Source: Dudresnaya verticillata
Lineage: Eukaryota
Direction: 5' to 3'
DNA length: 64,000 nt
Assembly: GCA_977862235.1 (NCBI GenBank)
Contig: OZ374558.1
Coordinates: 1,240,001-1,304,000, forward strand
Positions 25,966 through 37,471 of this stretch are shown piece by piece. Made by a program: the position numbers and the translations under genes. The stretch's first letter is position 1. Each line of letters opens with the position of its first letter. Below the pieces are notes generated by a model, which saw only the letters and a list, made by a program, of their open reading frames with translations, was not told the origin of the DNA and ran no database searches.

Positions 25966-27536
25966 CCTCGGAACCCAAAGGATCCCTCAGTTTAAACGTG
26001 GCATTTGCCCTTGAACTGCTACTCGTTCATCTCCAATCGAGTACTGAAGCCGGCTCCCCATATTGATGCATCAATATTTCCGTCAAGAACTGGTAGCCGT
26101 ATCAGCAGCGGTGGTGTATTTATTTCACTGCCCCGTCTTTCTGAAGGTGGAGGGTACTTCTAAAGCTTCCTTCTCACGTGCGCCACTCGAAAGACTATGA
26201 TTCACAGCAATATCACCTAGAAGCGAGCCCAGGAAAAAGAAAGCTTCGAGGCCCGAGAAGGGTGTAGTAGATTTGGGGCAGAAAAGGCCTGATATTCACC
26301 AACAGTGGACGCTTGTCATCGCCCTCATATAAGAATGCTTTAAACGATGCCAGGAAGGGGGGCTCCTGATATAATACTCTGAGGGGCATTTGCGGAGCAG
26401 AACAGTGGTCCAGACTCCAATAGAAGAAAAGGCAAGAAAGCTGGCAGCCATAAGGACTCGGAAGGGGATAATGTACCGTTGTGTACGGAAAACTCCGGCT
26501 CTTTGTGGAAGCACTTGGAAGTGCAATGGCACGTCTGGCCTTTCCCCGTGTAGTAGCAGCCTATGCAGGGCCCGGGCTCCGAGACAAGCAGAAAAGCCAG
26601 TCCCAGAGCGACCCCAGCCGACAAGACCTTGGCGCCTACGTCATTGGTCAGACAGAAGTGCACGTCGCCTCACGGCTCTGATCGAAGCCGAAGGTTTCCT
26701 AAGCCCACGTTATCGTGGAATGATAGTGCGACCCCGAAACTCTTCATAATTTGCTTAGATTCATCCTGCGCTGGGGACTCCCGCCCATTTGCAAGACGCG
26801 TCATAAGAAGTGCGTGAGAACCAACAAGAACACTTCCTTCGGTACTACTAGAAACAAACAATAAATTCTAACATCTCAAGTTCACGCAACCTCCTGTGGT
26901 TCACTCAACATTTTATACTATTGATGCACACGTACAGCTTCCACTGAATAAAGACCTTCACCTGGGCCCTATCTAATGCAAAAATGGCCTGTCACCTTCG
27001 CTGCCCCGTACGGCTCCTGCTCCCGTGTGGATAGCATTGGGCTCGGTTGCGATCGCCTCCTCGGCTACACGCAAAAAACATTAATCGTTTCAAAACAAAA
27101 AGTCGTGCTTGTCCAGCGCCGGGCGTAACAAACTATATCTCCGTCTAGGAAGAGTTCCGTCCAACATCCCAAGAAGTTGGCTGTATGTTTGTTCTAGTTA
27201 CGTAAGCCCCCAAGTGGCAGACCCAAATCAATCTCGCGCCAGGTAATAATACCCCTCAATTTGGAAGGACCTGCGACGTCCTCATTTGTTGCCCTGAATG
27301 TCTTTCCCTGCTTCGGGCCCTGCTATGGGTAAAGACGCCCTTGTGTTGCAATACCTTTCTCCCTTTCAGCAAAAGCAGACGGTTTCTTGCTGCTCATCTA
27401 ACAAACAATCTGGTATAAATGCGCTCCCTACGCTGCCCTCTTCCTCAACGAGCAGCTCGCAACCCGAAAGAGCAACCCGACACACCCCAATTCAAAACCC
27501 TTCCCCAAATCAACTTGAAACAACTCACCGAAAAAT

Positions 27537-27770
27537 ATGGCTCTCTTCAAGATATTTGCGGTGTTGTCCATGATCCTCCTTGTCTCCGGGTCTGTGGGTG
27601 CTGCAGCGGTCACCAAGGTCGACAAGAACCCGGAGCTCACAGTAGAGTCCATGACGAGGATGATGAAGGAGTTATTCCCATGCCAGACGGATTCTGACTG
27701 CAACAAGCAGATGAGCGGTTATTCGTTCTGTGACAGAACACATGCCTTCTGCATTCCGTTGTACAGGTAA
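27537..27770 (+). CDS. Small secreted cysteine-rich peptide precursor (77 aa), copy 2, identical protein
   Basis: Same translation as 16679-16912; TATAAAT at 27414. Confidence 0.75.
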   Translation: MALFKIFAVLSMILLVSGSVGAAAVTKVDKNPELTVESMTRMMKELFPCQTDSDCNKQMSGYSFCDRTHAFCIPLYR

Positions 27771-29477
27771 ATATTGGTCGAAAGAGCTGCATAATCGGTT
27801 TCGGAAGGAGATAGAAGGCAGATTTGAGAATGTATCTATCGCTACGATGTTTGCGGGAATGGAGACAGAAAGAGATAGACTTTACATGAGTTGACGCATT
27901 TGATGAACTCAACAGAATGCGAAGTTGTTCCATTCCCTTTTTGAAGCTCACAGAGTAAAAAGTGTCGCAGATATGCAGAGTTTGTCTTTTAGCCGCTCCA
28001 TTACATTTCCGTTCCATTACAGTGTTGTAGACAGGGTGTTTATGGAATAGAAACAGGCTTGCGGGGATGAAACAACCGTTATCTCGTTGGTCGAATCAAC
28101 GGTGTGTCAGGAGCGGGCTCGACAATACTGCCGGGGAATATTAAAGCATTACGTTGGATACTTAGCTCCACTTTCCGGTCGGTAGGTCTTCAAAGACCCG
28201 TAACGCCGTTCTTTGACCCTGAGAACGCGGTTCTACAACGGCTCTCAGAATCGCGGCAATCTCTCCCGCGGCCCTCTGCAACATTCCTCCCAAGTTGAAA
28301 TCACGGTCACTTATTGGCTGACGGTTTTTGAGTCAATGGCTGGGCGTGGTCCATTCTGGACAGTTCTGAACAGTTCCGGACGGTGATTGGCTGTTCTCCT
28401 GCGCCGCCAGCGCCCAACTGTACCATTGGTTGGATATGGCTGGCTGTGGTTGGCTTGCCAGACCGGTACATGGCCAGTGGTTGGCTGAAACAATCCTTGG
28501 GGCCATCCACAAGCCATTCTTGATGCCCCACTCGCAATGCCTTCCACTGTGTCTACCGACCTTGCCCCGAGAACAGTTCAGTCAGTCTTTTGCTCCAGGG
28601 AGATTGACGTACTTGCGTAACGCAATGGTGCGGAAGTTGCCGGGTGGACTGCTTGCTCTTACCCCTACGTGAGCGACTGCTGTCAACTGCTTCTGTGAGG
28701 GGAATTCTGTTGTCGCCCAGAACGCCAGGGACCCAAGCTGTTCTGTAGGGAATAGTCAGGCCCGCAGAGGGAATTCCAGCGCTCGTAAGTATCAACTGTG
28801 TCCGGTGTCCGGATATCTGCCAAGCGGGGCAGGATCAGCCTCTCCTTTCAGGTGAGCACAGATTGTACTTGTTTGCCCGATATATGTGGGGTAGGCACAG
28901 TGTGAGAGCGTGACAGCGGAAGATATGCCAATACCGAGACTGGCGGCGGTTTTTTGTGTTGCCCGGACTGGCAATTGAAGCTCCTTCCAGGTTGTAGCTG
29001 ATAAAGCGCCATCAAGTATGCTTAGAAGAGAGAGAGCGCGAGAGAGAAAGAAAGAGAGCTGAGAAAGCTAGGACATTAGAGACCGAGACCGACGCTCAGT
29101 GAAATATTGAATTGAACCCCTCTCTTTCTGCTTTCTGCTCTCTCCAGCTCTGTCCAGGACCACTATGAACAACAGGGAACACTTAAATCATCATCTTGGG
29201 AATGGTACGATACGATCTAAAGATAGTGCTAAATAGGGGAAGGCGCTTGTCGCCTGGTGTGTTCTAGTGTAAAAGACTCCTCGAGGGAAACTGCTCGCTT
29301 CTACACCGTGGAGCTCATGTCAGGTTTTTTGGACTACTCTGATAGAGAGAGAAGACAAATTTATAGATGCAGAAGCTAAAAGGTACGCTACTTCGCCCAA
29401 GAGACTAAAGAGACAATGGAGAAGGCAAGCAGACGGCGGTTCATAGCTAAAGATTGAAGCAAATGAGAGATAAACCG

Positions 29478-31855
29478 GACCAGCACTCACGAGGTAGTGT
29501 CAGGGATCCCCGACACCAACTCCAAACAGTCCCCTTATCCGCAGCTCCGTCGGGCCGGCCGCTCCACCAACGCCGCTTGCCGCTTTCCCTCCTCTACTCA
29601 CGCCCACATCCGCGCAAAGCGTGTTTTGACCTGGGACGCGAAACCCAGCTTGCTCAGCTTTCCTCTGCACGCCACTCTTTCGACCCGCGCAAGCACGTCT
29701 TGGCCAGCTTGAACTGCCTCCCTACCGAGCATTGCGCCGCAGCTGGCCCCCTCTTCCACTCCTATATGACTTTGCGTTGTATGAGCGCACTTGGGGGCGG
29801 TTCTGGAAGACATTGATGGATGCCCGCGCAGCGTGCTGCGAAAACATTCCCCAATGGCGGCTTCGAGTGTGGCTGTATGCTCACCACTTCGCTGTAACGC
29901 CCAGTAGCACACAAGACCGCACGCACAGACGCTGTCACTTCTGTCACTCGAAGACCCCGACCCATCCGCTGTCGCCCGCGTCTGCGACGCACTGCGAGCC
30001 ATCCGTCGTACATGCCTCGAAGAATACCCCTCACCGCATGCCACCCAATAGACAGGCCCACTCACTACCACATCTGCACTCTGTAGGGTATCACTCCCCG
30101 CCCATCAATCGACCGTGTGCAGGCAAATGGGCCAAAGTCGCCTACACAGGACCACGTTAAACAACAAAAAATACAACAACACATGTTTGCTTCTCAGTTG
30201 CGACTTGTGAAAGCTTCTGCTCTCTCTAAGACAGATTGTTCCGCTCAACCTACAGTAGCAGCCATTTCCCGACCCCGGGAGTCGTCCTTGCACTCCACAT
30301 TCTGCAACATTGTCTCCACAGACGCCACCGCATCTCCATGCTTTGAGTATATGTTACTGGCGTACCATACTCCGCAGAAAACCACATGTTCCGTATAGGC
30401 CCAGTCTCGCTTCGCATGCACCGTGTGGTAACTCGTGGCGCGCAGCGTTGCGAAGGGAAAGTGTACAACTGGGAAAGGAAACGGACGCGGGTGGACAAGA
30501 GCGAATCGGCTGGCGATGCACCTTGGGCGATCCTCTCGATCCTCTCCACTTCCCGTGGGGTCTGCCCCGAAGGGCTCTGGCCTTTATGACACTACTCTCT
30601 ATCGAGCAAATCTGCTCCTACCAGCTTCCAGACAGGGAACAGCTTGCTGTCGGTGCGCCAGCGAGCTTGACAGTCATCTTGAGAAATACTTTTCCCTGAC
30701 AACAGACAGTTCCAGGCCGCGAACCAACACACGTGTGCCATCGCGCAAGCGCCCACGCCTTGCGGAGCCGCAAGGCTGCGATCGCTTCCAATGCGTGAAG
30801 CGCTGCTCGCGAGCACAGTGCTCCGCGTCACAACCGGCATTAGAACTACTGGTTCCTGTCAACCATCTTCCGACTCTTCCCTGTCATTTGGGGACGTTCC
30901 CAATTCCGCCCCGCCGACTCCACGCGTCCCTCTAGCCTAGGTTCTGCCTTGCATCCCACCCCATCATTCCTACCATCCATAGAATCTCTTACGTCGTTGA
31001 GTAAATCTGGCGGATTGGCCTCCGCGATGCTCATGACGCCTCCGCCTCCGCCGTCTCCACACAGAAGCACGGGATTATTATGTGCTGACTCATACGCCAT
31101 TGTTTCCGATTCTGGTGCACTTTTGATCATCTTGTAAAGTTTAATCTCACTCCCAGCTCAATAGAGTTTACCAGCACCTCCGTGCTCTTCATTTACGGGT
31201 ACGACTACCTGTCCCCACTGTGAGGCTGGTAATCGCAGTCGTGTTTCTCTCTTGGATCCCTACGGCCATCAGGCCACCGTATGCACTGCTCAAGAGGGTG
31301 TTGTTTCGCTGCCATAACATGCTTCAAGATAAGCTTGTCGAGTTTATTTTGTCGCTCTCATGGGCTCGATGCTCGTGTTGCAGCGCCGTTTCCCAACCCG
31401 ACGCATCCTGATCGTGGCTCTACCATCTCTATTTGTGCATTGATGATCCGACTTTTGCTTCATTTCCACAAGCGTTCGACGTTTCCATCATAAGTTCTCA
31501 TTCCCACTCAAGCTTGTCTGGCTATGTTTCTGGGCAGGCCCTTGCCGCTCGCGAGCGTTCCAAGCGCCGACACTATCGTGATATTGGTCGTATTCATGGC
31601 ATTACCCTTCATCCGTTGGTAATGGATATCTACGGTCGAGTTGGAATCAGCAATTATTCCGGACAGTTAACACTTGCAAACTTTATCGCGGACAAGAAAG
31701 GCTCGAATCCGCTTGTTGAGAAGAATCCTCTCCTCACTCGCCTATTTTCGTTTGTGCTCCAATATGTAGCCCTTACTGTGAACCGTCGGCTACTTCTCAG
31801 CGCCTCCAGTCCTTTCTCGTATTCTCTTCCCCTGATGTTCCCCCCTTGGTCCTAA
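29478..31855 (+). mobile_element. Decayed CRE-like non-LTR retrotransposon, copy 2
   Basis: Duplicate of 18620-20997; the endonuclease region is open in ORF 31433-31855. Confidence 0.8.
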
Positions 31856-31863
31856 GTTCTAGA

Positions 31864-32601
31864 CTACGACTCAGAAAGCTCCTCGAGCCTTTTCCTGGCT
31901 ATACGAGACCCCAAACCTGCAGCTCTCTGGTACAGTTCAATCGCCTTTGGCAAGTCCCTCTTCACTTCTGCATGATCACTCTCCAAGATCCGGGCCAGTT
32001 CGTACATCGACCCTATATCTCCTGACGCAATGCCTTGCTCAGGCAACGCCATGCTACGTGGAACATCTCTGTTGACACCTTGCCTTCCAAAGAACAGAGT
32101 TAGGCTGAGCTCAACAATGGACGGGAGGAATCCACCATCGATAGAATACTGATAATACCCAATTCCCATTTCAGTATCCTTTGCATATCCCCAACTCCCT
32201 TCAAGATATCGCGTTCCCAGAAAATGTGCGGCGGCCATACAGCCATTTTCCAAGGAGTGTGTAATAAGACTTCTCCCGCGATGTCTATCAGTAGGGACAG
32301 CCACATCTGGGTTCAATAGAATCTCTCCTAACATGCAACTAGAAAACGCATGACCGACGTTATGTCCTTGCTCATACAGTTCGCAAGCTCTTGGAAGATC
32401 CTGCGCGACGCCGTCTAGTCCGTGCTGTAGAAAAAATGCCAGCATGAATCTAGAGAGGGTGAAGTCGCGTGCGGTGCAGTACTCAAGCAGATCCATTGCT
32501 TTTCTCTTGTCCTTTGGGACACCATTTCTTCCAAACCAGTACGACTGAGCTCTTTCATGCTGCTCTGCAAGGCTTCTTCGCTGGTGGTGCCAACTTCTCA
32601 T
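31864..32601 (-). CDS. Sel1-like repeat protein, copy 2 (frame open to at least 32658)
   Basis: Uninterrupted paralog of 21006-21743 with the same SLR motifs. Confidence 0.85.
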   Translation of the reverse strand: MRSWHHQRRSLAEQHERAQSYWFGRNGVPKDKRKAMDLLEYCTARDFTLSRFMLAFFLQHGLDGVAQDLPRACELYEQGHNVGHAFSSCMLGEILLNPDVAVPTDRHRGRSLITHSLENGCMAAAHFLGTRYLEGSWGYAKDTEMGIGYYQYSIDGGFLPSIVELSLTLFFGRQGVNRDVPRSMALPEQGIASGDIGSMYELARILESDHAEVKRDLPKAIELYQRAAGLGSRIARKRLEELSES

Positions 32602-33050
32602 GTTGCGAGTCTTGCGGCCAATCTCCTTGAAGCAAAGATGTGGAGCTGAGGAGCTCACGCGCGTTCGCGGTTAGGGAAGGACGACTCTTTGTGGTGTCAA
32701 TACCACGGCGGTGGTGTGTTGGTCACCACGACGCTGTTTTGGTAAAACAACACATTGTGATGATGATGATGATGATGACACATTTCCGAGGAACTGGCGC
32801 TTCTCCGGGAAAGACAACATTTTTGTTAATTTTATCGAACAGTTTTTCCGCCCCTCTCGCCCGTTGGGGCCAAGGTCCATCTTCGTATCGATGTCAGAGC
32901 ATCGGCCCTGACGAGTCCACACTTTCAACCCCCTCTGAGTGTGGATCCAGACCTTCAACCCGCTATGAGTGGAGAAAGACTGGTACTGTATCATCACCTC
33001 TATCGTCCCACCAGGAAAGATGGGTCATAGGTTACCCTTCATCTTTGTCC

Positions 33051-33149
33051 TTCTATGCCGACTGTGCAGGCATATCATCATGAAGCTTTTCGAGCTCAAG
33101 GCCGGGTACGCCTGATTCCGGGAGCATAACCAGATCTACCACCACGTCG
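33051..33149 (+). pseudogene. ~100-bp duplicated fragment of the 2OG-Fe(II) dioxygenase gene
   Basis: ttctatgccgact...ttcgagctcaaggccggg...ataaccagatcta.caccacgtcg matches 37235-37337, with a small deletion and a TGC>TGA stop. Confidence 0.85.
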
Positions 33150-34200
33150 CCTTATATGCTGCTGCTTCCTTTCCAGGCTTCCAGTAGCATCATACACATC
33201 TTCTGCACTACATATCCGTCATCTAAAACAGCTGTGGCCCTGCTGTTACCATATCATGGGCTCTCTTTGGACTGAGACTTGTATCCTTTCAGAGTAACCT
33301 CGAACCACTTTTGCGTTTCTCCGTACTTCACTGTTCGATGGCATGCAAAGTGGTGGACAAGATCATGTAAGAGGAGCCCAAGGCATCTCTGAAAAAGGAC
33401 TCTTCTTGTATCACGCCCATTATGGCAATGAGCCCCACCGTTGTTGCGCACAGAAGTCATCCTGCGGACCCCACACAGTGCGCCGCCCAGATACTGGAAC
33501 CCAGTCCTACTTCTGCAGAATGGACAAGGCTCGAAGCATTTCCAGGAATGTTAGGCGTCGATGAACTCCTTCTGCTGTGTTTCCTTGGCTTTCACTGGAT
33601 TGATTTTCCAGAAAGTCCAACTATGCAAGTGATGCGACGCCGAACGCCGAGTAATTATCATTCGTTCTCTTCCCCTAGTGACCTAATGAGGTCATGGCGC
33701 CTGACATTCCGTATACGCAGTATTCCATACATCTTTTTGGTTAATGCGCAGCGTTTGCCTCTTCCAGGTAAGACCCATCCCACGAATTTTGACGCCGCGG
33801 GCAAGCTCGCACGGAGCTTGAGGATTTCAAATATAGCCTTTCCACAAGTCGGATCATTTAGCTCGTCATTGAGACCTCATTCTTCTACACCCGCAACGCA
33901 AGTAAGATTTGGATCGTTCATGTCGACAAGATATTGTCAGGTTGTGTTGGCGTCGATTACGTGCTTGAAAAGGAAATAAATGACCAAGAGCAGCCAGCTC
34001 ATACGAGCTTCCCGCCCAATGTCAGCACCAAGGGGAAAAGGACAAGGGCGGCGGATTGTGGGGCACAATCAATCCTTTGATGGTGCGTACTACAATTAAA
34101 GGCCAGAGGTAAGGGCGCGGCCGCAAAGCATGTGTGAGCATGCACGCTTCGCCACAGTAAGGTCGGACAGTCGGCTAATCAGGATCGGGGTATTGGAGTG

Positions 34201-35450
34201 CTAGAATTGCCAGTGTCTGTGCGTGCGGTCGCAGTACGAGGCGGGCGGCTGGCCAGCTGGGTGGGATCGGTAAAGTCCCCAGTGGTGGAATAGGAGAGTT
34301 GTCGGAGCGGGCGTACTAGGGAATGTTGGAGCTGTCAACGACGATAGGGGGCATCTGGGATTCGAAAAGTGCTTGCAGCTTTCTGAGCCTGTTCGGGGGG
34401 CATTTAATGCGTCCGCTGGCCGATTCAGATCCAGAAGAAGAGAGCCTGGACGCAGCCCAAGTTTGACTCCAGTTAGGGGGTGAGTGGGGTTAAAAGCCAG
34501 CGCGTACTCGAGAATGGGGCCGACAAGCGTGCGGTAAATGAAGCGAACGCAACTGGGAGGCATTCGGGGAGTTGAGCATGGACTGGGCTCCAATTCCATC
34601 ACAGGTTGACCCGGTGCCGAGATAGTGTGCGCTTGGGACAGCCTCGATTTATCTTCCAGCAATGCAGAGCCGGGAGGAAGAGGGGCGCAGACTGTGTCGC
34701 GTTGGGAGGAGAATGTGACATTTTTCGCCGATCATGCCATGCAACTGCGTTGGGCCCAGTCGTCGCAGATTTCCAATGCCTTCCTTAACTCTTGTGGGGA
34801 GTTGAGATGCAGAAGGCAGTCGTTCGCTACATGCAGACCGGGGAGGCGTGCTGATGGACGTTGGAGGTTAGAATACAGTTCTGCGGCTAGCAGCTCGATG
34901 TCGATGTTAAACAGGTCAGGGCTCAGGGGAGAGCCTTAAGTCACACCTCTGTGAACTGCTCCAGTATATCGAGAGATGTCGCCCACCGTTCGAACAGCGA
35001 GGGGACCAAGCATAGCCGCGATCATACGAGTTAAGTGATCAGGTAGTATCTCCTCTCTGGGTTTAAGGAGTTTGAGACGGTCAACTCCGTCGTGTGCACT
35101 CATGAGGTCTAGAATAGCGACATAGTCATCCCCACACTTCGTGGAGTGTTGGGCTAGGACAATGGCCATTTCCGTGCGGAGACCTGCCTGGAATTCCAGC
35201 TGCATTAAGTGTGGGGTGAAGTGGCTTTTCACTTCGCATGTGATCGCGCGGTCAACAACCTTGCGTAGATGTGAGAGTAGGCAAATTGGTCTATAGTCTG
35301 CATGGTCGTTTCGCGAGCCGCATTTGTGAATTGGAACCAGCAGCCCCCCGCTCCACTCTACGGGAAAGATTGAAAAGCGTGCGCAAACTTGGCGCATTGC
35401 CATGAGGAGGTCCACAACCAACGCTGTCGGTACCGATTGCCTTTCCGCGC
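34201..35450 (-). mobile_element. Truncated LINE reverse transcriptase (APE-type clades), pseudogenised
   Basis: KAIGTD, LVPIHKCGSRNDHADYRPICLLSHLRKV, AILDLMSAHDGVDR, RGVT*GSPLSPDLFNI, and downstream YRTLVGPILEYA. Confidence 0.88.
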
Positions 35451-36754
35451 GGGGGGGCGCAGCGGGTGGTCGCGTGGACAGCTGAGCTCCGCCCTGCCGT
35501 TGCCCCACACGCGCCGTGCGCGTGCCACGCTGCCGGCGGCGTCCAATCGCGCGCCGCGCATTGCACGCGCCGCGCGTCGCCGCAAACGCATTCCGCGTCG
35601 CCGCGTCGCGCCCTTCTTCCACTCCCGCCGCCTCCGTCCACCGCCGCCTTCGCTCCTTCCACCGCCCGAAAAGCAAAGCGCTCGCAATCCCTCCGGCCGC
35701 CACCTGCCCGCCGCCCAAGTCAACCTCCCCTCCGCGCATCCCGCCCGAAACCCCTCGCGTCACCCGCCCCGAGCGAAGCTCATCCGCAGCGCCGGCCCTG
35801 CGCAAGCAATGCGCTGCCTCGCCTCACCCTCGCAGTGCCGCCCGGCAAGTGCCACGCGTCCACCATCACCATCTCATCACCATCTCCACCCCGCGTCTGC
35901 AGCCCCACGCGAGAACACGCACGCATACGTGTACGTATCCATAACGACAGCCCCCGCACGCGCGCTCATCCCGTCATAACCTTCCCGTCCGTTCGAACGG
36001 CCATTACCGCCCGCCACAAGCCGTCGCAACTCCGGCACGCCAGCGCACATGTGGGCTGTCACCAACAGTGACACCTCAGCCCCGGTACCTGTGTAGCCGA
36101 TTTGACTCCATTCTACCTCGCCCTAGCCCTTACCCTTCGCCTTTGTCGCCTTCCTACTGCATTTCCCTTCATCAACCGTCACCCGCCATCCTCCATCCTC
36201 CACTCCCCGAAACATCTTAGCACCCTTCCTGTCACTTCCAGCCCAAAAATCCCTCTCCTCCGTCTCACCCTCCCCCCTGACGCTCCATTTCTACAACCCG
36301 CGACGGCACACCTCCCCACAACTCTGCCCCTTCCTTCTTGCCCTCCTCCCTCACGAAGCAAAAAAAAATTGCGCCCTCGTCCGTCGCTTAAACACACCCG
36401 CCCTGCGCGCAACTGCGCCAGTATCCACCGTAACGGCTACGAAAACACCCAAACAGGAAGTCAGGCAGACAGTGCACGTGCACCCACCCACCCACCACTT
36501 CGAAACACGTATAAGCAACTCGCCCTCGGTCCTTCCGCTCGTTACACACTCACACCGCGCAGCCGCTCCAACCTGCACAAATACATCTAGTGGCCTACCA
36601 ACAATTGAACAGCATCACTCTCGTCGTGTCCACCACTCCGCTCTCCCAAATTTAGGTGTGCCTCTACAACCCGCGTCTTCGAGCCTTGTCTGCCTGCCTG
36701 CAAGAAAAATCTGAACCACATCACCAGCCAGAAACGCTCCTGAAAGACTCAAAC

Positions 36755-37471
36755 ATGTCACAGGTCCGCGGCCGCAACGTTCTCCACAAGCAGCTGCTCT
36801 CCGAGGCAGACCGCGAAGAACTGTGTCGCGTCATCGGTGAGCTGGGCCCAGACCCAACCAGCAAGCACTTTGCGTCCCGCACGAAGAGCATCGGCTTCGT
36901 CTTGTGCATCGACGGTGATTGGTACCAGATCAACCGCAACTACTTTGCACAGGCAAAGGCCTACAATATGCTATCCGGTGGCTTCCGCCGCTACTATCGC
37001 GAGCTCCCGCGGGAGTTCATCGAGAGTCCCGCCGTTCAAAACCTGCTCTCCGAGTTCAAGCGCGTGCACGAAATCCCAGATGGAGAGCTCATATTGCTCA
37101 ACGTGCAAACTAGCCATGTTAGACATGGGGATAGGAACACTTGCCTAACGGGGCATGGAATTCATACAGATGGCACCGACAAGGCCATGCTAGTGTGTCT
37201 CGCCAGGAAGAACATTCAGGGGTGCATGAACTCGTTCTATGCCGACTATGCGGGCAATGATATCATCATGAAGCCGTTCGAGCTCAAGGCCGGGCACGCC
37301 TGCTTCTGGGAGGATAACCAGATCTATCACCACGTCGACCCAGGAGAGCCCGTCAAAGGCGCTGAGATTGGCGAGCGTACTGTTCTCGTCGCCAACTACC
37401 CCGCAAAGTTCTTCCTCGATGGCACTCAAAACCCCAAGAATATGTTGCAGAGGGGCCCTGCGAATATGTGA
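36755..37471 (+). CDS. 2OG-Fe(II)-dependent dioxygenase, 2OG-Fe_Oxy_2 (BsmA-like) family, 238 aa
   Basis: FAQAKAYNMLSGGFRRYY, GIHTDG (HxD), RKNIQG, DNQIYHHV (distal His), ERTVLV (2OG-binding Arg). Intact and intronless, with C/G-ending codon bias. Confidence 0.88.
   Translation: MSQVRGRNVLHKQLLSEADREELCRVIGELGPDPTSKHFASRTKSIGFVLCIDGDWYQINRNYFAQAKAYNMLSGGFRRYYRELPREFIESPAVQNLLSEFKRVHEIPDGELILLNVQTSHVRHGDRNTCLTGHGIHTDGTDKAMLVCLARKNIQGCMNSFYADYAGNDIIMKPFELKAGHACFWEDNQIYHHVDPGEPVKGAEIGERTVLVANYPAKFFLDGTQNPKNMLQRGPANM

Larger units (their letters stand above)
24967..32815. repeat. Segmental duplication, copy 2
   Basis: See copy 1; identical ORF order at offset 10858. Confidence 0.97.

Noticed and set aside
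35450..36100. Many overlapping Arg/Ala/Pro-rich ORFs
   Set aside because: Artefact of very high GC, low-complexity sequence.
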